From Ginglymostoma cirratum (lineage: Eukaryota): a stretch of 64,000 nt of DNA. Both the position numbers and the translations under genes were made by a program. The stretch spans positions 434,001 through 498,000 of the forward strand of contig JAHRHZ010000282.1 of NCBI GenBank assembly GCA_024137785.1. Reading direction: 5' to 3'. Below, one piece after another: positions 40,440 through 53,700 of this stretch. The notes below the pieces were generated by a model. The model searched no databases, was not told the origin of the DNA, and worked only from the letters and a program-made list of their open reading frames with translations. The stretch's first letter is position 1. The number at the start of each line of letters is the position of its first letter.

Positions 40440-41699
40440 CACTCTGTCAGGCGATTGAGGAGACGAAAAACAGTGGACAGTAGAAGAGAAAACGAAACAG
40501 GAGAAATGTTTAAATGTGTTACTAAAAAGTACTTTGAAAAGGTAATTCAACATATTTCCATTTCAATATTTATACAGGTACATGGATAGGCGTGGTTTAA
40601 AGGGATATGGCCATAAGGGACGAGGCAAATTGGACGAGTTCAGATTAGGAAACCGAGTCGGCACGAACGATTTGGGTCGAAAGGCCTGTTTCTGTGCTGT
40701 ATGACTCATTGGCTCTCTGAAAAAACCGTAAATGACTTTATTCTCAATTTCTCACTTAACTCGTCCCGACTAAACATTATATTTTTTTTTCTAGACTCGA
40801 ATTTGCCTGGAAGTCTTTAGTGCAGCTGTGTAGATGGAAGTTCATCCTGTAGCTGCTCCCTGCTTTATATTCCGTTGGACATTACAGGGACAGGTATGTT
40901 CTGTTCCTAATCAATGTATACTAATTTTTGGGAAGAGTACTTGTGGAAGCAGATTTATTGCCCCTGATAATTGTATTGCACCAGGCAGCGTTTGACAGGA
41001 CGTATGGAAAGTGTAAAGGAAAATTTCCTGACTGCCTTCGTTCTGTTTCGTACGTTTGGACTTTGTTGAGATCAATGTTGATGGAAACAACATTTAGAAC
41101 AAACAAAAATACAAACAAAAAAGAAAGATGTATCATCCCGTGAATCGTGGGGTTATCCAATTTTGATAAAGGTCCCAATGATTAGGAGTTTACAAGATTT
41201 AATTTATTTTTTCTTTGAAATTAGCATTCCATTAACATCATGCGTGGAATTATTTATGTGAAGGCGATATCACCAATGTAATTAAACGTACATAGTGTTA
41301 ATGACTTGGGCAAATCGGAGAATTCAGATAAATAATCTTACAATCCTTGTAATAATAACGAAACTGATTTGGTGTAACATTAATCCAGTGAAAGAATTCA
41401 GCAAAATTCGTGAAGGCATTTATTGTAATGCATCAGAAGGCACTGCAGCGCATTTTTCGTGGCAACAATTTATAGGACATTGAGTTTACTTGTGTCCTAG
41501 CTGACAACAGGGCATTCCAGGAAACATGCTGTGTGTGGCACTTCATTGCATACGACTTGTTAATGAGAATGAGGTGAAAACTCTTCAAGTTTGGAGTCAT
41601 AACGAGAGCAGACAAAATTGCTTGTGGATCTTATAGGTCATTCACCTGAGCCCCTGACATCTCTGCAACAGTTCCTGGTACTAGAGCCAAGAACCTATA

Positions 41700-42420
41700 A
41701 TTTTCATCTACTTCATCAGTGATACTCCATCATAGGATCAGAGGTGATATGCCTAGGGACTGAAATTATGCACTTAAGTGCTGCTCCCTGACTGTACACA
41801 TGCATGACTGAAATGGCCTCAGTCTCGGATCCTGCGAGCCTGCAAATGCTGTTGCCCTCCTTCGGGGTCTCCTATTGTGCCCTGTCCTGGCGTCCAAGAA
41901 GTCTCCATGTTCGCTGACGATTGTATGATATTTAGCAACTTTTATGATTCCTCAGGTACTGAAGTAGTTCGTGTCTACCCACAGCAAGGCCTGGATCGCA
42001 TTCATATATACCTTGAACGTTTCAAATAACGTTCATGTCACACCAGCGCCAGGTTCTTGCCATCTTCGACGAGAGAGAGTCTTACCATCAATCCAGAGTT
42101 TTAATGACATTGTCACCACCAAAGTCGAACTTTCAATTTAATGGCATTTCAATTCACAAGAAACTGGATCTGACAATGCTAATGTTGTGGTTACATGAGC
42201 ACGTCAGAGTGTAAGAATTCCACAGAAGGTAAATCGCCTACTGTTTTCCGAAAACCTGTCATCACCTACAAGGCAGAAACCAGGAATGTGTTGTAATACT
42301 ACCGAATTGCCGCTCACAGTGCAATTCCAACGACACCCAGGAAGCTCGAGACGATTCAGGACAAAACATTTCACCAAAAGCTATCAGAGGAGAACGGATC
42401 TTCATAGAGATGCAAGTGTT
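41700..42420 (+). mobile_element. L2/jockey-like LINE RT 3' fragment
   Basis: MFADDCMIFS...DSSGTEVV motif near 41908. Confidence 0.7.
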
Positions 42421-43317
42421 TACTATGAAGTGATATTAATTCTGTGCGAAGGAAATAGTTGCACTTATGAGTGCATAGTGTAGAAGGGATTGGTAACGTT
42501 CGATTAGGTAAGGATCGGGATCGGAAGCCAACATGTATCACAAAAAGATTTATAAAGCCTACTGGCAGTATCAATATAATTCGAAAGCACAAACCAATTA
42601 TGCAAGCGATCTCATCAATTCCTGTTCAATGTTTACGTTTCATGAACTTTTAAAAATATTTGTGATTCTTTTGCAATCGTACTGAATTGCCTCGCTTTCA
42701 TGATATGAGAGCGCCCTCTGGTGAGTACTAATTCGAAGTCTCAGCACGGATTTTTGTCCAAGTCCGCTGCTTCTTTATATCAGAGTGAGCTGCATGACAC
42801 AGATATACAAGGTGCAGTCAGAGATGAAGCTATCGTTGAATTTTAGTTCAGTATCTTGTCAGTTTTTATTAAATGTAGAAGTAACTCAGTCATAGATGGC
42901 TTGCTCCTCTGCACATTGCTCCCAATAATAAGCACAAAATGTGGAGACTGCCTGAGCGCTGACTGTACAAACGTGCATAAAGGTTTGAATTACATTTCTT
43001 CAAGTTGCAGTTTAGTGTGACTTTCTTTGCATCTACTACTGTTTTTCGGCATACAGTTGTTGCACTACATCATGCTGACTCCTTTCTAACATATGAAAAG
43101 TATTTAACTAAAAAAGACATGAACATCAACATCACCATTAGTATTATTCGACAAAGAACAACTTTTGCTTTGTAACCCTCAGCTCTTTACCGAGAAGGAG
43201 AGACTTACTGAGAATGGGTACAATAACGAGGGGATGTGAGTATTTTCTCCCTGTTGATTTTTTTGCTTTCTACCACTCTGGTGCAGGAAATTCCCTGTCA
43301 AAGCAGAAATACAGTTC

Positions 43318-43352
43318 ACAGTTCTTGTCATCCAATTGATGACAAGAACTGT
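43318..43352. repeat. Perfect inverted repeat, 15-bp arms, 5-nt loop
   Basis: ACAGTTCTTGTCATC-caatt-GATGACAAGAACTGT. Confidence 0.95.
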
Positions 43353-43477
43353 ACAGTGACAGCAATCTCTCTGAGAGCACTGAAAGAGCTGTGAATGCTA
43401 GAAATCAGAAATAAAAACAGAAGTCGCTGGAAAAGCTAAGCAGGTCTGGGAGCATCTGTGGAGGGAAATCACAGAGG

Positions 43478-43618
43478 TGTAGAAACAAAGAATGAGAAAC
43501 AGAGTGGCATAAGCATAGAATGAGAAACACAGGGGCTGAAACAGAGGAGCAGAAACGGAGTATGTCAAACAGAGAATGAGAAACTGAGGAACAGAAACAG
43601 AGTATGAGAAACAGAGGA
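43478..43618 (+). repeat. Degenerate (GAGAAACAGAG)-type tandem repeats inside a short non-autonomous repeat
   Basis: Repeated gaaacagag units, flanked by 'gctggaaaagct..gcaggtctgg' and 'ctgaggaagggtcac' words also seen at ~61.1 kb. Confidence 0.7.
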
Positions 43619-44599
43619 TGAGTTAATTTTCCAGCTCTGAGGAAGGGTCACTCCTCCCGAAATGTTAACTCGAATTTCTGCTTAGCTTTCCAGCAATTTT
43701 TGATTTTGTTTCCAAGAACATAATTAGGTCAGGGACAAGGAAGTCGGGGTGTGGCAGAAATAGAGTGAGAGAGAGGAGGGAGAACAGGCAATGGAAGCTG
43801 TGGGCGAGGATCCTGAAGACACTAAATTTGATGATACATGTGCTGTCTCTCTGCTGCATTCGGAACTAATAGAGTGGAAACAGTGATGGCGAACTATACA
43901 GCTTGTTATCTGCTTTCTAAATATGGAAGATATTTCTTATCAAGTTTCAACACGCTGTATCTTCATTAATAGCGACAGGGTGGTTCAATTTTATCCAGTG
44001 GAGGTTTAAACGGGAAAAGCAACTTTTCTATCGTTCTGGTTTAGGAAATGATTAATGGCGCAGGCGGGACAGAGCAGCAGATGATATAATGTTTATCCAA
44101 TCTGCTGTTTCTGCTTCACACACGGATAATATCAGTATTTTATCTTTTAATTCGAGAAAGAATAAACCAAATTCTTGTCATTTGAATTTAGATATGGCAA
44201 AATTTGTTTGATAACTTACATATCCAAAACATAAGTAATGAAAGAAGCATTAACGAAACAGTATGAAATAATGTCGAGCAGAATGACAAATCGTAGTGTT
44301 GCAGTGTTATTGCTGCATTAGCAATCAAGCGTCTCATCCTAACGTACTGCAGGCAGCTCGTCTCGTGGAATTTAAAATCAGTTGGTAAAGTTACAAGACA
44401 CTCACTCCAAGGGCAACTACGGAAGTGCAACGAAAGATACATTTTGAAGGCATCCCACATTTCATGAAGGAATAGAGTAAAATTAAACCGTCACGTATTC
44501 TAGGGATACATATTCTCATGATAATCACCTACCAAGTAAATATTTTAAGTGTAACCATCATCGTTTGCGTTAAAAGCTGTATTTTAACATATATTAAAT

Positions 44600-45860
44600 G
44601 TCACTGTCAAGGGAACGCTGCCTACATAGCTGTCTGTGGCAAAATTCGCAAGACTTGCAGGTCTCTGACTCCCCATCTCTGTCTTGAATTGGCGGTCCTT
44701 TATTCTGAGACGATGTACAGCTGTCCTAGCGTCTCCCGTTTTTGGAAACTTCTTCTCAGCATTTACCCTGTCAACCTCTTTAAGAATCCGAAAAGTTTCA
44801 ATAAGATCAACTCTCATTCTTATGAACTCCAGGAAGTAGAGTCTAAACCTGCTTAATCTTTGTTCAGCAGAAAATATCTCCAGTCCGAGTATCACACCAG
44901 TAAACACTCTCTGAACTGACTGCAACGGAATTATGCATTTTTTTACTAAAGGAAACAAAGCTGCTCACAATATTCCAGAAGTGGTTTCTCTAGACCCCTG
45001 TAGAGTTGCAGTAAGTAGTCTCTACTCTGAACCTTCAACCCACTTGATATAAGGGCTATCATTCTATTCGCCTTCCTGGTTATCTGCTGCACCCATGTGC
45101 AAGATTTCAGTGTTTCTTTCACAAGCACTCAAAAATCACTTAATGTTGCGACGTTGTGCACTGTTTAATCCATTTAAATGATAGCGTGTTCTTTTGTTCT
45201 TCTTTACAAAATGAGCAATGTCCTATTTTCCCACGTTGTGCTTCATTTTCTAACATTTTTCTCGCATACTTATCCTATGAATATCTCTCGCAAACTGTTT
45301 GTGTCTTGTTCACAACATGCTTTTCAACTGTTTTTGTGTCATCTGCAAATTTGGCTGCAAGACGTTGTTTTCTTTCCTCCAAGACGTTAATGTATACTGT
45401 GAACATTCGTAGTCCGACCACTGATCCCTGTGGAAGCCCATTGGTCACAGGCTGGCAGACTGAGAAGAACTCCTTTTCCTCACTTGCTATTTCCTACTCA
45501 TCAGCCAATTATCTACCAATATGCTATCTTCAACACGATGGTTTGTAATCTGCTGTCTTAACTTATTGTGAGTTACCTTGAGCTACATTATCTCGAAGTC
45601 CAAAATGACGCATCTACAGGTTCCCTTCTATCCGCTCTAGTTAACAATCCCTTGAAAAAGTGTAATAAATCAAAATTAATCAAATTTGTCTTTCACGATG
45701 ATTATCCAAATCTGCCGCTGTTACTTCATAATAGGTTCCAACACATTTCCAACATAGATGTTAGGTTAATCGCCCTGTATTTAAAGGCTTTTTCCATCTC
45801 ACCTTTTTGAGTAAGGGTACAACATTGGTTGTTTTCCAGTCACCTGGAACATTTCCAGAC
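44600..45860 (-). mobile_element. CR1 RT fragment
   Basis: VTNGLPQGSVVG, RMRVDLIETFRILK, KPLLEYCEQ. Confidence 0.85.
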
Positions 45861-45997
45861 TAATTACAACGAAGACTTGGATGTTCATAGAAATATTCTG
45901 CCTTGTTACACATTACCAGATCCATGGTTGCGTCAACAACATGGCGTTCAAAGGATTCCTTTGTATGCTGAAACGAGGAATCTTTAGCCTAAGATGC

Positions 45998-46077
45998 AGA
46001 CGTCGCTGAGATTTGAATCCAGGACCTCCCGTTCACTAAAAGTAAACAAACATTTTAACAAACTAAACCATGCCACC
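45998..46077 (-). pseudogene. Highly decayed tRNA-Thr(AGT)-like pseudogene
   Basis: ggtggcatggtttagtttgttaaa...ttagtgaacgggaggtcctggattcaaatctcagcgacgtct aligns to tRNA-Thr-AGT with a small insertion. Confidence 0.65.
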
Positions 46078-47668
46078 GCCAGACGGCCTGCTTCAGTTCA
46101 TGAATGTACACATTTCCTTAGCCAATCGATTACTCTGCGTTTTTTTCAGTGACAAATTCAATTACTTTCCACTTTTGCAAAAATGCACATCTCGCAGTTG
46201 AGCAGTCTCCATTTAAAACAGACTGAAAAATAAATCTCCTCGTGCCTTTATTTGAAAGTGAAATTTTCATCTGTTAAACTAAGAGGGGAAAAAGGAACAT
46301 CTTTGGCTAAATCCCATGTGTCCTGGACTTTCCTGGAACTCCTGTTAATATTTAAATCAATTCAACTGTACCTTTCCGTTTTCCGTAACTCTCCTCTGGA
46401 TTTATTCACTCTCTGTTCAGCTACACCTCTTTGTTTCTTTGTCTCATGGTCCCATATCGCTACATGTGTTTCTTCACTGGAAAGTCATCTAATTCCTTCA
46501 TTTCATTACAATTGGTCTTCCTTCTTTGTCGATTTCTGCCATTTTATTTCCTACAGCTTACTTCCCTGTATTTCCATCACCATTTTTACCTGCTGAGTCA
46601 GTCTCAGATTTTCTTCCTGAATCTCAGTCAATTTCTCCCCTGGATTTCCTCACAGATTGAAACAAATATTCAGCCGTATGGTTCAGCAAATGGCGCTCTG
46701 ATCTATCCTATTTCTTTGAAGAATGAAATTATGTTTGTGCTCCTGTGCCATTGCATTTCAGAATTTTGAAAATGTTGCTCTTGAAGAGGGCCGCTTTAGC
46801 CAATAATGTACAGCCAGTGCAAAGAAGTCATGTCTGTCAGAGTTCAGATAAAACAACAGGTCCCATAAACGAAGCCCATTGACATCAATACACTTCTTAA
46901 AAATTAAGTACAGACTTCGTTTAATTTTTAAACTCTGTAGATGTACAGGAAGAACAGCATCAACCTGACATACTCAGGCCAAACACTGCACCGCATGTAC
47001 ACCCCACTGCATTGTAACACAATTTAAATAGGATAAATGTAATTTTTTTTGCTTGATCGGCTTCTACTCCTCATAGCGAGAGTAGGCATTCAAATTTTGC
47101 CTGGAGCTGGAATTGACGATATGACCTTCAGAAGTGAAGGTCACAGTCTGAGTAGTGTGCCATCAGTAATTCACCACGTTGTTCAGAAGCCTGTCCTTTC
47201 GTGGAGAAGATAAATGAGAAATCTGTCTTTCTGGCTGGAGTCAATGAGAACCTGTAAATACCTCCGATTGATTCCTTACTCTGAGTAAAGATACAACTAT
47301 TCCTTCCCGTAAAAATCACAGCTTCGACTGTACACAGATTCAATCCCAATAAACATAGTTCTCTAGTAATATATTATAAGGAACTGCAGTGCTGGAGTTC
47401 TGAAATAAAAACAAAAAGTGTTAGATAAACTCAGCATGTGTGGAGACATCTCTGGAACGAGAGCTAATATTTCGAGCCCAGAGACCCTTCGAAAAGGCAG
47501 AAGACTGGACTCGAAACAGCGCAGATATTTTAATGTGAATCTTCGGGACTGAAACCATAACGAGATGAATAATTTCTGTTCACGCCACCTAGTTTCCATT
47601 CTGAAATAATGAATCAGCAACATTGAGACAATTCCTGTCCTTGTTCCCATTCTATTCACTACTGCTCC

Positions 47669-47685
47669 TGTGATGTCAGGAAGTG
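47669..47685 (+). promoter_or_regulatory. CRE-like decamer + ETS motif upstream of a V leader
   Basis: TGTGATGTCA followed by GGAAGTG, about 50-60 bp 5' of the ATG at 47732. Resembles TCR V promoter elements. Motif match only. Confidence 0.45.
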
Positions 47686-47731
47686 AAGAATAAACCAGCA
47701 GTGAGCTGTTGGATGGTACTTCCTGATTGCA

Positions 47732-48397
47732 ATGAACCAGCTGAGACTTCGGATATTACTCAAAACAAGTAAATTCTTGAGTTCAACAATTTCAGTGTCA
47801 GTTTGTTTTATAAAAATCCACGCTAACTACATACAAACATGTTAGTTACTTCATATTCATTCCTCACAATTGCAGTTCTCACAACTGGCAACGTATTTTA
47901 AAATCTACACACGGATGCACATGATGGTCTTAGTAACATGATTTTAAATATGTTTTTTTTTTCTGTATATCAAAACCGTTCCGTTACCTGTTTATATTAG
48001 GTGCCATAACTTGGTGATAAAGTATTGATATTCTGCATTTATAAATTTCTGAAAGTCTTAGTCGTGCATATTCAGTCTTCCAGGAGCCAGTCTCAATGAT
48101 GAAGCTTCAAGCTGATGCGGTGACTATTATTTATAGTTATTTGATCACTGCTGCAACATAAATGTGCAGCTATACTGTCAAGTTCGAGTTAAAGCTCGGT
48201 ATTCTTGATCTACACCTTTAACTGTGGTAATGTTATCAGAACTGAGGGTGTAGGGCCCTGGTTTTCTGCTAATATTGGCCGCGTGAAAAAAGAAGAGAAC
48301 TTCCCATTCATTATCTGCAGTTGGCTGACAGCGCAGTGTATTACTGCAGACTGAGACAAACAGTAGAAGGGACCAGAGGGAGCCTCTTCCAAAAACA
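47732..48397 (+). pseudogene. TCR alpha/delta V pseudogene (probable leader 47732-47768; V ~48055-48358; RSS 48359-48397)
   Basis: Leader MNQLRLRILLKT + A|GTAAAT. V reads SVFQEPVSMMKLQADAVTI... VGPWFSANI ... LQLADSAVYYCRLR. RSS is AACAGTA, 23 bp, CCAAAAACA. Stops, frameshifts and loss of the first heptamer C. Confidence 0.85.
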
Positions 48398-49179
48398 CTC
48401 CACTTTGGGTCAAGTTGAACGGCTAAAATACTGTGGAGGAATGTACATTGATTAACAGTCATTAACAAACTAATTGCAACCGAACAGCTTTGAATATAGG
48501 AGTTAAATTTTAGATTAAAATTAATTCTAAAGTGAGGAATTGACAGGAGTAATACAATGCAGTTATTCATCCTCACTTCAAATGCATGTTCGCTTTTGCC
48601 TGTTCATTTGTCACCTTTCCCATCTGTGTTTGGTTACTGCTAGGAGAGAATGACATGTGAAAATCTTTCCCTGATGTGTCTCGCGTAGAAATTTTTCAGA
48701 ACTCCCCGTCTGCAAATTCAGACAGGCTAGTGAGAGTGACTGACAAAGAAACCTATAAATCTAATTTAAAAGAATATGTTTATTTCACTGAAACTGCTTA
48801 TTTCAGGTCGTTAAACAACTCAGTTCGAGATCAAGCTGAATCTCAGGGCAATTAAAAATCGACTCGTTTCTCTACTCAGAGACTTAACGGACTCTCAGTT
48901 CAGTTAGTTATAACCTACCTGTGCTTCCTCATCGTTTTCTACTCATCAGAGTGGACCATTAAGGTCCTTCTTCTATGTAACAAACAAACACTTGTGGTTA
49001 TCGACGTCATCAGATCCATTTAATCCTATCAAATGATCCACAAGAAGTGAGATCAAATTAAACACAGCCAATGCTGCCCGCTTTTGTCATGCCTGATTTT
49101 ATGTAGATTTCTGACTCACAGAAACATCCCTTGCAATCGGAACCAGCAGCGATGTGGCTCTCCATTCTCTCTCTGGTCA

Positions 49180-49590
49180 GGACGACTTCAATTGTTGGCA
49201 AGAATTTAAACTTTAAAACAGGTTTAATGTCTCGAGGAATAAATTTGATAAACATCTTACTCGCTTTCGACAATTATAGGAGCTGGATTGGAAGTCATTT
49301 GGGTTATTGTGAGCACTTTTGGTGTCTATTTTACATGAGGAATAAAGGCACACAAAACACAATGGAGAAGTGACTTGTGGAGATGATGCTACAACTGTAA
49401 GATTATAACTTGCAGATAACAACGTATCGGCTTGTGTCCCTTTTCTACTAATGAAAATATTAAAGAGTAATCTGAACGAAGTCTTCACAGTGGTAAGAAG
49501 ATATTAGGTTCTGGACATGGAGAGAAGTATTCCACTTGAGGACGATTCTAAATCGATAAATTTAAATAAACAAATGTAATTGGCCCAGAA
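49180..49590 (+). mobile_element. CR1 3' fragment, very decayed
   Basis: HLGYCEHFW motif and CR1-like downstream words. Confidence 0.55.
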
Positions 49591-49792
49591 CGCTTCAGTA
49601 AAGATTTCAGAAGAAATGTGTTTAGTCGGAGAACAAGCAGAAATATTCTTTTCACTACCACAAGGAGCATTTGGAGTGAACAACAATGAACCATTTAAAA
49701 GATAAAAGGATGAAGCAGAATGAGATGAAGAGATTGCTGATAGAATGAGAGGAGAAATAGACAAGATGTCTGTGGTTATCACATAGATGGAT

Positions 49793-50280
49793 ATGAACCT
49801 GATGAACAGACTGAGACTTTTTTGTTTCTTGCTATCAATTCTATCGGTTTTCAGACAACACTGTGAATTAACAAATTCAGTTTGCTTCATTCAAACATTT
49901 AATCATTGAATTCCGCTCTCTCTAACCTTGTTATCCAGATATGAATGATGCAGGTTCTGTTACTTAGCGGGATCCCGCACTCATACGGACAAAAGGAGAA
50001 GGTATAACTTTAAACTGTACTTACACCGGGAATGATTGCTATTTGTTCTGGCACCGTCAGTACCCAAGCAGGCAGCCCGAGTTCGAAGTCCAAGATGGAC
50101 GAGGATTGGTGCCGAAATGAAGGTGGATTTCACTCAGAACGGCTTTTCTAATATAGTCCAGCAGACAGACAAGTTGTATCAATTGACAAGCACAGAGCTT
50201 GCACTGTCTGAAACTGCAATCTATTACTGTGCCATGAGCCTCACAATGATGTGAACCTGCGAAAGTTTCGTAGAATAACT
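49793..50280 (+). pseudogene. TCR alpha-type V pseudogene (leader 49793-49847; V 49939-50241; RSS 50242-50280)
   Basis: Leader MNLMNRLRLFCFLLSILS with no phase-1 GT. V reads GSVT*RDPALIRTKGEGITLNCTYTGNDCYLFWHRQYPSRQPEF /frameshift/ LTSTELALSETAIYYCAMS. RSS is CACAATG, 23 bp, AGAATAACT. TAG at 49965. Confidence 0.92.
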
Positions 50281-50465
50281 TTTGCAGTTTTCGGGGTCAC
50301 AGCTGTGCCTGTTGAGGGTTGCTTATTACAGCAGTACACAAAATGACACGTCGGTACATTCCTGTTGGGAAATGCCGAAAGGCATTCTATTAAAAAAAAA
50401 CTCCAAAATCGTTCGTATAGAATATTGTTTCAGAGATAGTAAGAACTGCAGATGCTGGAGAATCT

Positions 50466-50566
50466 GAGATAACAAGGTGTATAGCTGGATGAACACAGCA
50501 GGCCAAGCAGCATCAAAGGAGCTGCCTGGCCTGCTATGTTCATTCAGCTCTACACCTTGTTATCTC
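50466..50566. repeat. Fold-back (hairpin) interspersed repeat
   Basis: GAGATAACAAGGTGT...GCAGC / GCTGC...ACACCTTGTTATCTC inverted arms. One arm is also present at ~18855-18915. Confidence 0.8.
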
Positions 50567-50705
50567 GGAAAGAATACTGATTTTGATCATTGAACTGGTT
50601 ATGAGATGCTCCCCCAACTGACCCCAAATTGTATTTTTGGGGATCTATAGGAACAGCTAGTTGCTTTCATTGAGAATATAGACTCTGCAACTGGCTTGTT
50701 ACTAA

Positions 50706-53700
50706 TGATATGTATCAGGCTAGCCCCCCATCAAACATGTTAATACGGTAGCATAAAATCTAACTTTTTCTTATTTCAAAGATGATGTGAAGTGACGTGT
50801 TCCAGATGCAATACGTTGGTCAACTACTCGATGTTAGGCAAAGCACAATTTACGTAAAAACTATGGTTAAATTACAATCAAGATGAATAGGACTATTTTG
50901 GAATACTCAATCGAATAACGTATACAGCAGCTATTACTAATTAACTTTTCCAGTATAACAACATTCCATCACAAGCCCCTTAACGAAAAGGAAAATTCAG
51001 TCACGATATCTTACATGCAATTCTCCTATCTAGGAGGACGAAACATCAAGAGAGCATTCACAGCGTTTAACAACCAAGAAACATTCACTGAAGCTTCCAA
51101 CTCTTTTAAGACCCTAAACAGCTTCTGATCTTACTTTAAAAAAAAACACAGAAATTTGCAACTGTGAGATCTGGCCACACCGATTGATTCTGCTTACGCT
51201 GTTCCAACTTTACAAAAAAAAACTAAAGGACAGACAAGTTGCTTATTTAAGTAGTCTTCAAGTTTCCAGTTCCCTATCTCTGCCGAACAAGGTCACTTCA
51301 AAAGAAAACAGAACAAAATAATATTTTAAAGTTACAGCATCGTCTCAACTCCCCCCTTAAAAAAAGGAACGATCAATGCATACAGATGGCTTTATTTTTG
51401 AAAACACTTGTTCTACTAGTACACTACAATAATATGCATAACATTGATTAGAAGCATGTAAAGTTTCATGATTATATTCTACTTCAGTCTGTTGCATCCC
51501 GCCACCCAACAGCTCCATCTTTCCTCATCAAAGTCACGACAACACGTTGGCAATCATGCATTCTCATCCTGACATACACATAATTTTAATATTGAATGGC
51601 TGCAATCATAAGCTCCATCTTAACAGTCTGGAATTTTTGTCCTTAAATTTCCCTCAACATCTTAATCGATTATGATCGGTATGTAGAATTGTTTTGGACA
51701 CAGTAATAGCAATATCAATGTTGAATTCTTGTAGCGTCACCACCAAGCTCAAGTTTTCCTTCACAGCCGTGGAAATTTCTGTTGATGAACATCCAATTTG
51801 CTGGAAAAGTACGCACAAGGTCTTTGTATTCTCTAGTTATCTTCTTGTAAGAGTGCAGCACTGACACCCACATAACTAGTATTCGCAGCCACTTCGAATG
51901 GTTTTGCGTATTTAGGTGTGGCAAGCCCTGGGGTAGTAGATAACAGAGCTTTCAGGCTGTAAAATGCCTTCAGGCAGCCTACCATTCACTGAAAATTTCT
52001 GCATTTTTTTCAGTAAGCCAATCAATAGAGCAATTACACTGTTAAACGTCGGTATGAACTTCTGATCAAACCTACTAAATCCCAAGAATCATCATACTGC
52101 CCTCTTTGTCGATAGTATGGAAACGTCTCCAACAACCTTTGTTTTCCCATCCCATGAGGCCACCTGTTCATGTCCAAGAAACGTGACTTGGGCTTTTGCG
52201 AATTCAATCTTAGCCAGGTTGATTACCAAGTGTGCATCCCGACGTCGATTGAACTGTTTTAATAAATGCTGCATACGTTGCTTACGTGCGTGACTGAGTA
52301 TCAACAGGTCGATGTACAATACACAATTGATTAATTAAGAAATGACTCTATTGGTTAGTCTCTGAAATACGGCTAGCGGATTTTTCATACTAAATGGCAC
52401 GACGTTGAATTGGTACAGTCCATTCAGTGTCAAGAAAACCAAAATTGTCTACTTTCTTTTGGATAAAGGGACCTGCCATTGTCTTCTGAGTGAGTCCAAC
52501 TTAGAAACATAAGTTTCTTGTCCAATCTTCTCAATACAGTCTTCCAAACGCGGAACAGAATATGAATAAGACTTTTACCTGCACTGACTTTGCGATGGCT
52601 CAAACATAATCATTGGGTACTGGCTGGTTTGGTGCCATGACTCGGGGTGAGCTTCTGTCGCTGTAACTTATTTCGGTTCTGTTGTCGTTGAAAATGCATT
52701 CAATCTGTTTTTGAACCTGTGCCGACATTATAGGGTTAAGTTTGTAAGAACGTTACTGAATTTGATCAGCATTTCCCATCTGCATATTATGCATGATTAG
52801 ATTAATTTCCCTAGTTTATTCCCAGATATCTGACCATGCGATTGTAATAACTCTTTCAGGTCCTTTAAGTTTTCCCCTGGAAGTTAACTCAATAATTTAT
52901 CCCTGTTTTTGCGAGCTCCCTCGATATCCAATTTAATTTGAATAATTTACAATTTCAGAATCCGTTCTTCTGTGTACGATTTATAATACAGTTGTCTCAG
53001 TTATTCGGTTGTAAATCAGTGAATTTCTCTGAACTAAAAAAAAATCTTCTTTGTCCTCCACCTGTTCTTGTTATTTTTTCTCAACCATTTGATTAAACAT
53101 GGTCTTTGATGATTCAACTTCTTTATTTTTATTCTCTGATTTCTCCTTCTGCTTCAACCTATGAGTTTGTGAGCTTGTTATCACACAGTTAAAAATAAAT
53201 CCCAGGATATGCTTCCGTAATATCTCAGTTGCCTCATTTTCCATTGGCTTTACAAATGCAGTCAGCAGCATTCCATTCTGTGATCCAACTATGACATTAC
53301 CAGGGTCAAGTTGCATTACCAGAGCCAATATTTCATCCAGTACTCCTAATGGCACTTCACCACTTTTCACCGGACACTTCAACCTTACTTTACATAATTC
53401 ACCCTGAATTCTAGATATGACCGCTTTCTCTGTCAATAGACTTTGTGACTCACTCACCTCTCGACAGCAAAGATTGACATGCTCCCGTATTTCTTAAGAT
53501 GTTAATCTCTTTACCTGCTCCCCCTGACTTACACCAATATTCCTTACCCTCACACGTAAATGGTTTAGGAAGATCTAACTTCTTTTTCTTAACAACCCAC
53601 TGACTAGATTGTATATTCACGTGCGGCTTTTTAGTGTCCACTGTGTTTTCTGTTACCAATTTAACAAAATTCACTAGCTAATCATGTTTTCCTACATCTG

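Noticed and set aside
43478-43618. Repeat/spacer-like pattern suggesting a CRISPR-type array
   Set aside because: Low-complexity degenerate tandem repeat in eukaryotic DNA, with no unique spacers.
44300-44350. MRRLIANA similar to MRRLISNA at 33357
   Set aside because: The match does not extend into the flanks, so it is likely coincidence.
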